Of a DNA stretch of 64,000 bases, positions 30,901-36,776 are shown piece after piece; positions within the stretch are counted from its first letter, which is position 1, and every line of letters starts with the position of its first letter. The translations under genes and the position numbers were made by a program. The stretch is from Opitutales bacterium (GTDB lineage Bacteria; Verrucomicrobiota; Verrucomicrobiia; Opitutales; T3Sed10-336). The DNA is taken from contig JAIUMY010000004.1 of the NCBI GenBank assembly GCA_022565335.1, positions 809-64,808 of the forward strand, given 5' to 3'. The notes beneath the pieces are model-generated. The model saw only the letters and a list, made by a program, of their open reading frames with translations. It made no database searches and was not told where the DNA came from.

Positions 30901-33900
30901 GATGGGAATGCGCAGGGCGGCGTTCCCGGTGGAATCGTCACTGTCGATCACCAAACTGCTTTCATAAACCCCCGGCGGAAGCTGTCCGGCGTCAAGGGTC
31001 AGGGCGAGGGTGCTTTGCCCCTCCAACGAAGCCAGTGACCCGGCGGTCCGGGCCGGCTGGATCCAGGCGGCCGCCACCTCGGGCCGCAGGATGAGCACCG
31101 AGCCGGGAGTGGGATTGTAGGGGGTGGATCCGCGGAAAATGGGATTCAACCCGCGGGAGGCACTGCCATCCTGCAGGCCGGCACTGAAAATAGTGGGCCC
31201 GCCAAACGTGAAGTCCTCCGAGTTCGGCAAGCGTTCGTAGTCGAGGTAGCGGATGACAATGCTGCCATCCGACCGCAACTCCACCTGCCCGGTATCGAAT
31301 TCCGGCGGGGTATTGGTAAAAGGGCTGCCCCATTGATTCCAGGTAAAGACCCAGGTGTGCTCATCCCAATTATAGGTATAGGCATGCTGCGTATCGCGGA
31401 AAGGATCCCATTCCGACCCGCTTTCGGTATGCCAGTAGTTCTGGTTGGGCGTCTGATGCGCCGGACCATTCAGATCGGACCGCCCGGTTTCACGGATCGA
31501 CCACTGAAAGGCGATTTTATGGTCCATAAAGGCCGCGTCGGGCATCGGTTGGGTGGGCCCGTAAAAGACACTTCGGTTCACCGAGGTGAAGCCCAGCCAT
31601 CCCGAGTTATTGACGCGGGCACTACTGAACCGCTGCCCGTAAAACGGGAACTCGAAATCAAAGGAGAGCGGCCCCCGGGACCAGCGTTCCATTCCCGCCC
31701 AGCTGACCTGTTGACCTCCGGAAAACACCGGCATGGGACTGAAGAGATCCCACCAGCTCAAGCGCGTTCCGGAGCCGCCGTGTTCCTGCCGGATTTCCTT
31801 CCAGTGCAAATCCGGACGGGCGGGATCGTTCAACCCGTCCTCATAAAACACAAAGCCGTATTCGGTGTCCCGCAACTGCCAGTTCAGCGGCAGGTTTCCG
31901 GTATTCGTCAAATCAATACTCAGCGCCACCCGCCCCCCCGGACGGGCGCTGGCCTCAACTTCTTCCACCGAAGTCACCAGCACACTGTTGCCCAGAACAA
32001 AATTGAGATCGTGGACCTCCGGCGGCGCGGTGTGCCGCCGGGTGCGACTGCGCCGAAAACCGGAGGCCTCGGCAAAAACCTCATAACTGCCGTCCACCAT
32101 CTCAAAGCCAAAGCTGCCATCGCCTCCGGTACTCACCGTTCCACTGAACGGGCCGGTATAGGTGACCGTGGCACCGGCGAAGGGACTGCCGTCCAAATGG
32201 CTAACCGTACCGCTGGCATCCACCGAGGTATAAACGGTCAGCGGGATCCGCTCCACCCAGGGACCGCCTTCGTCGGCGGTGATGATGAGTTCCAGAGGAA
32301 TTTCATACGGCGTGGGGGTTTCCGCATCCACCGTAAAGATAAAGGGGGCCGAATTCTCAACCGTTTCAAAACGATCAAAGTCACCATAGACATGGGTCGC
32401 CTCGGTCACCGTCACATAACTGCTGTCCGCTGAGAGGGTGGCACTGACATTCTCCGCGTCGACCATGCCCACACTGCGCAAGGACAGGATCAGCTCAATG
32501 GTTTCCCCGGGATTGATCACCCCGTTGCCGGCACGGGGACCGTCAAGATCCGTCACCGCCGTCGCGATATGGGCCATGATGGGAATGTTGAGGTTCCGCA
32601 GCGCCGTATTGATATTCAAACGCCCCTGCGAATGAATGGAAAATTCATACTTGGGATCATCCGAACGGTCGTCCACATTCGTCAAAAGGGCGTTTTTCAA
32701 ATCGAGATAACCGATATCGGGCTGCACCGCCAACAGCAATGCCGCGGCCCCCGCCACATGGGGACTCGCCATGGAGGTGCCATTCAGCGATTCATATCCG
32801 TGATTGAGAGCCGCACTGTAAATCCCCACCCCGGGCGCCGCGATATGGGCGTTCAAATTCGAGAAATTCGCAAGGCGGTCTTCCGGGTGATCCTCGGAGG
32901 CCGCCACGCTGATCACATTGTCCAACGGCGGGAGACCTTCGGGAAGCCCGGAGTTCCCGTAGCGGGCCGGAAAACCGGGATCGGATTGACCGGAGTTCCC
33001 GGAAGCCGCCACAAAGAGAATCCCCGCATCCCGCGCCTCGGCAATGGCGTCATACAACGCCTGCGAAAAGCCTCCCCCGCCCCAGGAATTATTCGTCATA
33101 TCCACCCCCATCATGGTGCTGTAAAGGATCGAATTTACCCCGCCGGAGGTCGTCCCCGAGCCTCCCGCGCCAAGAAAGCGCAGGGGCAAAATGCGGGTAT
33201 CCCAAGCCACCCCGGTGATCCCGACAGCGTTATTCCCCACCGCCGCAACGGTCCCCGCCACGTGCGTGCCGTGGCGGTTCTCGTCCATCGGATCGTTACT
33301 GTCATCGTAAAAATCCCAGCCCCGGATATCATCAATAAACCCATTGCCGTCGCTGTCCGTACCGTTCACCGACTCTCCGGTGTTATAGAAAATGTTATCG
33401 GCCAAATCGGGGTGGGTGTAATCCACGCCGGAATCGATCACCGCCACCACCACATTGCGGCGTCCGGTGGTGATTTCCCAAGCGAAATTGGCCTCGATCT
33501 GCGGTAACCCCCAGAGCTTCGGATAGTCCGGATCATTGGGCGTCACCCCGCCCAGATGCCCCACCACCCAGTCCGGTTCCGCAAAACGCACCCCGGCCTC
33601 CCCGCCCAGTGCGGCCATCGCCTCCGGCAAAGCGTCGAGACTGGCTTCAGGGAGTTCCATCAGCACCAAGCCCGGACGCAGCAACCGCTCGCGGACCTGT
33701 CCGCCCAACGAAAACGCCAAACTCTCGACCGTCGCCTCGTCCCAAGCCGGATGCACCTGCAGCATCACATGATCGGCCACCGAAACCAGCAATTCCTCCG
33801 GAAACGGATTGATCTGCCCGTTAGGATAGTTGCCGAAACGCTCCTCAACCCGCAGCAATGGGTATTTGAATTCATCCGCCCGAACCAAGCGCAACCGCCC

Positions 33901-34269
33901 CGGGCGACCCTGTTCATCCGGTTCCAGTTCGCGCCTCTCCAACTCCACCGCGCCCCCCACCATCCGAGCCACCGGAGAGATCAGGCCCTGCGGATCATTG
34001 ACCGCATAATTCGCCTCCGGAGCGAGAGGGAAAGATCTACCCGGCAACGCTTCATCAGCCGGAAAGGCCTTTAAGGCCCGGTCTCCACCAACCGGTTCGA
34101 CAGCATCCGGAACCATCGGCGCAACGTTGCCCTCCTCTACCCTTTTATCCGCCGCAAGAGAGGGCTCTTCAGACCCCGTTTCCCGGACTTCTCCCGGCCG
34201 TAGCCAGAGTAAACTAATCAGAAAAAGAAAGGTTAACGTAAGACAACTAAACCAAAGAAATTTTTTCAT
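24967..34269 (-). CDS. Giant (3100 aa) secreted multidomain S8 subtilisin-like serine protease / adhesin
   Basis: Signal-like N-terminus MKKFLWFSCLTLTFLFLISLLWL. S8 triad motifs VAVIDSGVD (D279), HGTHVAGT (H333), GTSMASPHVAG (S499), at nt 32602-33486. Downstream motif-level modules (aa coordinates): CarboxypepD_reg-like (~692-760), NIDO-like (~858-1012), PKD (1652-1735, WDFGDG; further PKD-like ~1440-1495, 2353-2445, 2637-2730), Calx-beta (1866-1980; degenerate copies ~1770-1865 and ~2245-2350), PA14 (~2083-2240), LamG/ConA-like (~2455-2635), I-set Ig (~2735-2818), and two malectin-like modules (~1497-1645, ~2825-2978). Confidence 0.9.
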   Translation of the reverse strand: MKKFLWFSCLTLTFLFLISLLWLRPGEVRETGSEEPSLAADKRVEEGNVAPMVPDAVEPVGGDRALKAFPADEALPGRSFPLAPEANYAVNDPQGLISPVARMVGGAVELERRELEPDEQGRPGRLRLVRADEFKYPLLRVEERFGNYPNGQINPFPEELLVSVADHVMLQVHPAWDEATVESLAFSLGGQVRERLLRPGLVLMELPEASLDALPEAMAALGGEAGVRFAEPDWVVGHLGGVTPNDPDYPKLWGLPQIEANFAWEITTGRRNVVVAVIDSGVDYTHPDLADNIFYNTGESVNGTDSDGNGFIDDIRGWDFYDDSNDPMDENRHGTHVAGTVAAVGNNAVGITGVAWDTRILPLRFLGAGGSGTTSGGVNSILYSTMMGVDMTNNSWGGGGFSQALYDAIAEARDAGILFVAASGNSGQSDPGFPARYGNSGLPEGLPPLDNVISVAASEDHPEDRLANFSNLNAHIAAPGVGIYSAALNHGYESLNGTSMASPHVAGAAALLLAVQPDIGYLDLKNALLTNVDDRSDDPKYEFSIHSQGRLNINTALRNLNIPIMAHIATAVTDLDGPRAGNGVINPGETIELILSLRSVGMVDAENVSATLSADSSYVTVTEATHVYGDFDRFETVENSAPFIFTVDAETPTPYEIPLELIITADEGGPWVERIPLTVYTSVDASGTVSHLDGSPFAGATVTYTGPFSGTVSTGGDGSFGFEMVDGSYEVFAEASGFRRSRTRRHTAPPEVHDLNFVLGNSVLVTSVEEVEASARPGGRVALSIDLTNTGNLPLNWQLRDTEYGFVFYEDGLNDPARPDLHWKEIRQEHGGSGTRLSWWDLFSPMPVFSGGQQVSWAGMERWSRGPLSFDFEFPFYGQRFSSARVNNSGWLGFTSVNRSVFYGPTQPMPDAAFMDHKIAFQWSIRETGRSDLNGPAHQTPNQNYWHTESGSEWDPFRDTQHAYTYNWDEHTWVFTWNQWGSPFTNTPPEFDTGQVELRSDGSIVIRYLDYERLPNSEDFTFGGPTIFSAGLQDGSASRGLNPIFRGSTPYNPTPGSVLILRPEVAAAWIQPARTAGSLASLEGQSTLALTLDAGQLPPGVYESSLVIDSDDSTGNAALRIPITFTVSEDAPSLVFSDPATDLAVAPGDDLAVTAVFDGTGTPSGDVELLRDEDVLATLSEDGGVYSFLWENVPGGFHELTARVALCETGHTVYAPLREIQAGQGLRLRLESEDLPMFSESLVSNPRQLLQPPVISYNRVSAERFDITPVFLSAGQMSWWGSSASRDPDGRDGSYNIGNEGRELRLVTKNLRKHPFTYTVTPDTVLEFELRAFNDPGSIDRFVYGLGLAESDSVNANRVFRLLGERNWGIDTYLGKYPYSNSSHSGRRPWVRYRIPVGEHYTGEMQHLVFVADAVDPNFNTYFRDLDVAFRNIRIYEADESAEFSYQWNFNDSDRSNTGPEVFRNYFRPGTKEIEVTVSDGSHSATASRVLELPGTEAFRVAVNFQPMSANTPAGFVPDRGQPFGDRGNDLQYGWDSDLTGQTRDDNWLITYGSEQRVTRIRAGNGATWRMAVPNGRYTVTAHTGASEENSNALLRFNGETLLDRNLGIQESFTDSLTLPVSGGEIVISSHRNTASLLYLEINRVDDLKRPPEASFTLSPQSGEAPLTVQFDASDSFDSDGTIESYHWDFGDGFTGSGVQTSHDYAMPGVYEVLLEVTDNDGLVGQASVSVVVGGSAQPAVWVTPPPLPSAPPPVFGEPQPQPRRELSEDGGSLSYSVVLTTAPSQNVTVTIDAGDRVAALPAQLTFTPANWDQSQSVQLSAVDNEVVDGDEFVTIGATATSDDPAYEGRAGAPFAVYVLDNDAYGTVQFTQSAITVGEAVGTFDLTVSRVGGQSGELTAEWTTVDGSAVGGEDFVAASGTLVWAHNDTDPKTITIQIIDDEEPEPTENFQVQLTSATHPQGGDVLGSPAAVTVTILDDDNVNPAIILNTPADGATFESGDTVTLSAEVISNTADITEVRFLVDGSVVQTLTAPTHGDTFQFDWTAQYGTSEWQVEAEDDNQGFTASGTRNFTVTPIPNDGEGGFLREIFYDVSGNSVSNLVNDEAFPDAPDSFAFIETGVMEYAENTNNYGTRLRAYFVAPKTGDYHFYVSARRRGEVWLSTDDQPENRVRILNPSREDNPDSWGHASQRSAAIPLVAGQRYYLEALHKAATSGTRHIQVGVELPGGQLERPVPVGFLEPFNGVKVETSTPLVLVPEGSTANVQVRLREQPYENITLQSTLRDPVDGGESLEVLSGGELDFTPANWDQWQAVTLYAAPDEDAIDGEATLRLTLDNGTWWEITAREIDAELNHPPTVEIVSPTVSTVNLPDGVGLLLEAAAEDLDNDPLTTTWERISGPGTVTFDDASALQTGARFDAEGDYLLRVTVDDGEYTDSAEVTVRVNPEGVSQANITTTRDGSLSIDGGNWTFSGAGDGFGYEGDHTTSTLDSLRFAYTEMTGDFDVSGRTLDFSGPNWSFTGLHVRNTLSPDSRHFTAGADWERGDRWGKVLRRLSEGVNQTGGENLSGTSTHGWVRITRVGNTFRAFHSTDGNSWSERVSASISMNETVLVGIVVTNENDGTTLSTATWTDVAIPATVNLAPFVEAGPDATVDLADAHTLAASFSGEYLPAGPLETQWERFSGPGTVYANPAPPTEPDATVSFELPGEYVLRYLVSNGEAVTFDDVTITVQSSDPFAPVISQAPQAQTVELGDTALFTVVASGLPAPAYQWYFNDEAIPGAESPGLEIANVEFENEGLYHVRVSNSEGHEDSVAVWLEATVPPPGPQLFARINFQTDNDAPDGWLKDIGEAYGDRGNGAFYGWSGDNTGTARERNESASPDFLHDTLLHMQLNNSDFTWKVAVPNGAYQVRIVAGDAEYFNGTYSISVEDTIVVEGSANEGNRWLEGQATVEVSDGFIDVTNTDGVTTNNKINFIEIHAIPEAASGYDAWAVEELPIGQRTKGHLHGGVPNLLRYALGGTANTPVSELQLQLAAVTTDLHLTFPRIDDPAITYEIWQSPDLDDWGTAPVWSEAGMGPTEVIMEITDPRAFFRLRIVWDDEK

Positions 34270-34356
34270 GCAGAAGCGGGGGGTGGGGCAAAAGATAAAC
34301 TTTAGGGAAACTACGTCGGGGATTTTATCAAAAAAACCTGAATGTCGATAGATTCA

Positions 34357-34389
34357 ATTTGCGCATTTTTTATATGGCTATTTGCGCAT
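34357..34389. promoter_or_regulatory. Candidate operator: 10-nt direct repeat ATTTGCGCAT x2 (34357-34366, 34380-34389; 23-nt spacing) in the divergent promoter region
   Basis: A perfect direct repeat is visible in the AT-rich 141-bp gap between the giant protease gene and the XylR/AraC-type regulator gene. AraC-family proteins typically bind direct repeats about 2 helical turns apart. Confidence 0.3.
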
Positions 34390-34410
34390 ATTCGTTTAAA
34401 AAAGACCTCA

Positions 34411-35559
34411 ATGTCTTCATCGCAATCGACGCATCCAACCTATGTTGCCTTGGCGGGTTTTGCCATGCACGGGGTCGATGCGGAAATCTTAAAAGGCATT
34501 CAGTATAACGCCCACCGGGAAGGTTGGCAGCTTTTCAATGCCGCCGACCCCCTGGCCTTCGAACAGGTTGAACAGAATCAAAACTTTTTCAAAGGGATCA
34601 TTGCGGTGGTTACGGATGATGATTTTTGCCAGCGTCTGCGCAAGCTCCGAATACCGGTGGTCAATGTGTCGGATACCTATCCGGAAACCTTTGGCTTTCC
34701 GACGGTTTTGACCGATAACGAAAAAATCGGGGTGCGGGCCGCCGAGGATTTTATCGCCCGGGATTACCAACACTTTGCCGTTCACTTTTTACCGGGCGTT
34801 CACTCCTACCGCTTTTTGAATACCCGCAGCCGGGCCTTTGGGAAATTCCTGCAAAGCAAAGGCTTTTCTTGCGTTGGGCTGGCGGATTTTTATTCCGAAA
34901 AAGAAAAAGCCTTTATCCGGAAAGCGCAAATGGCGGTTGTTCCGTTGCGGGATCTGAGCCTTCCCTGTGCCGTCTTTTGCGGTTCAGACCGCATTGCCGC
35001 CAACGTCTGTGTCGCGACCCGGGCATTGGGCTTCCGGGTTCCGGAAGATCTGGCGGTCGTTGGGGTGGATAATTTCGAACTCTACTGCAATATGGTCGAC
35101 CCTCCCCTTTCCAGCATCGATACGAGGGGTGAAAACATCGGCCAAAAGGCCGTCGAAGTTCTGCGCGATTTGCTCTCGGGGAAACGGGCCAATCAGTACT
35201 TTGAGGAAATCGTTCCTCCGGGACGCGTGGTCTCACGGCGTTCGGTGGACTTCGGCCATCGCGGCGACAATTCCGTTTTTCGGGCCCAAAAATTCATTCA
35301 GGATCACTGTGGCGAACGCATCAATGTCGGCGATATTGTCCAGGCATCCCAGTGCAGTCGGCGGAAGATCGAAAACGATTACCGCGCCCGCTACGGATGT
35401 TCCCTTCTCGATGCCTTGAACCAAGCCCGGATCAACCGGGCCCGTCAACTGGCAAAGGAGACCTCCCTTCTCGTCATCGACATCGCCCGCACCAGCGGAT
35501 TTCGCGATACCCAGCAAATGTACCGCGTCCTGGCGCGGTATGGAAAGCGTTTACGCTGA
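34411..35559 (+). CDS. XylR-like transcriptional regulator (periplasmic-binding-protein-like sugar sensor + AraC-type HTH)
   Basis: The N-terminal LacI/PBP-like fold (VVNVSD..., CGSDRIAANVCVATRALGFRVPEDLAVVGVDN) precedes a C-terminal AraC HTH (INVGDIVQASQCSRRKIENDYRARYGCSLLDALNQARINRARQLAKETSLLVIDIARTSGFRD). The start is ATG 34411. Confidence 0.8.
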   Translation: MSSSQSTHPTYVALAGFAMHGVDAEILKGIQYNAHREGWQLFNAADPLAFEQVEQNQNFFKGIIAVVTDDDFCQRLRKLRIPVVNVSDTYPETFGFPTVLTDNEKIGVRAAEDFIARDYQHFAVHFLPGVHSYRFLNTRSRAFGKFLQSKGFSCVGLADFYSEKEKAFIRKAQMAVVPLRDLSLPCAVFCGSDRIAANVCVATRALGFRVPEDLAVVGVDNFELYCNMVDPPLSSIDTRGENIGQKAVEVLRDLLSGKRANQYFEEIVPPGRVVSRRSVDFGHRGDNSVFRAQKFIQDHCGERINVGDIVQASQCSRRKIENDYRARYGCSLLDALNQARINRARQLAKETSLLVIDIARTSGFRDTQQMYRVLARYGKRLR

Positions 35560-35932
35560 TCGGGATGGACGCCTAAGAACCAAAGCAAAAGTCCCGGAGG
35601 AACGGCCGGAAGGTAACCGTGAATCTGTATCCACTCTCCTACTCCACCACTCCCACCGTAATCGGGCTGATTCATCGCCCGACAAGATACGGCCATAACC
35701 GTACGAACGCCCAATGCCTTTACCCGACGTCGGGGACGCGCACAACTCCGCAAGGGCACACCCGCCACGGATCGGGAGCTGAAGCAACCCTGCTACGGAA
35801 AAAGCCACCACCAGAAGTAGAACAGGCTTCCAGCCTGTTTACCCCGGCAGCCCACAACACTTCCAGGATGGCCGTGCTACCCCAAAAAACCGGCAAAAAA
35901 AACCCTCCTCAAGCATCTGAGGCCGGACACCT

Positions 35933-36742
35933 TTGCCGTTGACCCATCGACAGACATCGCCGAAAACTCCTATCGTGCCCGCTAAACCTATATGGATCTC
36001 TCTTCTCGGCTGGGGGCTGATTGCCAGCGGCCTTTTTCACCTCGGAAAACTCTTTGCCGATTGGCGCTTGGGCTCGTCCTTTCTCGAGTTGGGGTTTCTA
36101 ACCATTCCGGCCGGCATCGCCCTCCTCCAATACCATCGCTTTACGGCTAGACTCTTGGGCGTTTTCGCTTTCCTGGCAGCGGGATTATTGGGGAGTTTCT
36201 TTCTTTTTCCCGAAGGCGCTGCCCTACCCCTCGTTTTCTCCCTGGCCAGCATTGGATTGCTCCTGGGTTTGGGCCTTCTTCTTTTTCGCTCGGAAAGACA
36301 TTTTGACAAGACCAGCATCACGTTGAACCCCCGGCATTTGCCCCGGTATCTGTTGGGGCCCTTGCTGGCCATCCTGATTCTTACCAGCATTGGCACTTTG
36401 GGTTACTACCAAGTGGAACGGCAGAAGTTGGATTTTGCCAAGGTGCAGGAATTTCAGCTAACCGTCATGCCTCTTGATGCGTATACCGGAAGCGCTCCCG
36501 AAGGCGGTATTTTGTATCGGTTGGACGGACTGAACTCCCCGGGCTTTGCCCGCCAAAGGGGCTTTAGCACCGTTCCGGGTGGAGCGCGCTACCTTTTTTT
36601 AGCCAACCCTCCCCTGACGATTCGTTTAACGTTGATCGGAGCCAATGGGCTGCCTCATGCACAGGAGATTCATTTCTCCGGAGAAGACCGGGTGAAGACC
36701 TTCACGGCGCTTGGTTACTTTGAGGAGACTACCACCCCGTAG
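35933..36742 (+). CDS. Hypothetical polytopic membrane protein
   Basis: Several hydrophobic helices (WISLLGWGLIASGLF, LGVFAFLAAGLLGSFFLF, LASIGLLLGLGLLLF, LLGPLLAILILTSIG). The start (TTG 35933 or GTG 35975) is uncertain. Confidence 0.45.
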   Translation: MPLTHRQTSPKTPIVPAKPIWISLLGWGLIASGLFHLGKLFADWRLGSSFLELGFLTIPAGIALLQYHRFTARLLGVFAFLAAGLLGSFFLFPEGAALPLVFSLASIGLLLGLGLLLFRSERHFDKTSITLNPRHLPRYLLGPLLAILILTSIGTLGYYQVERQKLDFAKVQEFQLTVMPLDAYTGSAPEGGILYRLDGLNSPGFARQRGFSTVPGGARYLFLANPPLTIRLTLIGANGLPHAQEIHFSGEDRVKTFTALGYFEETTTP

Positions 36743-36776
36743 AAAAAAATCTCCTTTAATTGCCCGCTTTGGCGCC

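Noticed and set aside
25205-33507. Many long plus-strand ORFs inside the giant gene (for example 28393-30282, 629 aa; 31333-32433, 366 aa; 27037-28014, 325 aa; 32569-33507, 312 aa).
   Set aside because: They lie antisense to a strongly supported 3100-aa CDS. Their translations are Arg/Gly/Pro-rich low-complexity sequence with no motifs. This is the typical shadow-ORF pattern in GC-rich coding DNA.
35560-35932. Tested whether the non-coding gap is RNase P RNA, tmRNA, SRP RNA or a cobalamin/yybP-type riboswitch.
   Set aside because: The RNase P CR-I string GAGGAAAGUCC is absent, and the distance between the putative P4 strands (~155 nt) is too short for an S-domain. There is no tRNA-like GGUUCGA...CCACCA end or tag ORF as a tmRNA would need. 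There is no SRP GGAA-tetraloop/AGCA motif context. Resemblance to B12-box and yybP motifs is only partial. It is kept only as an unclassified candidate.
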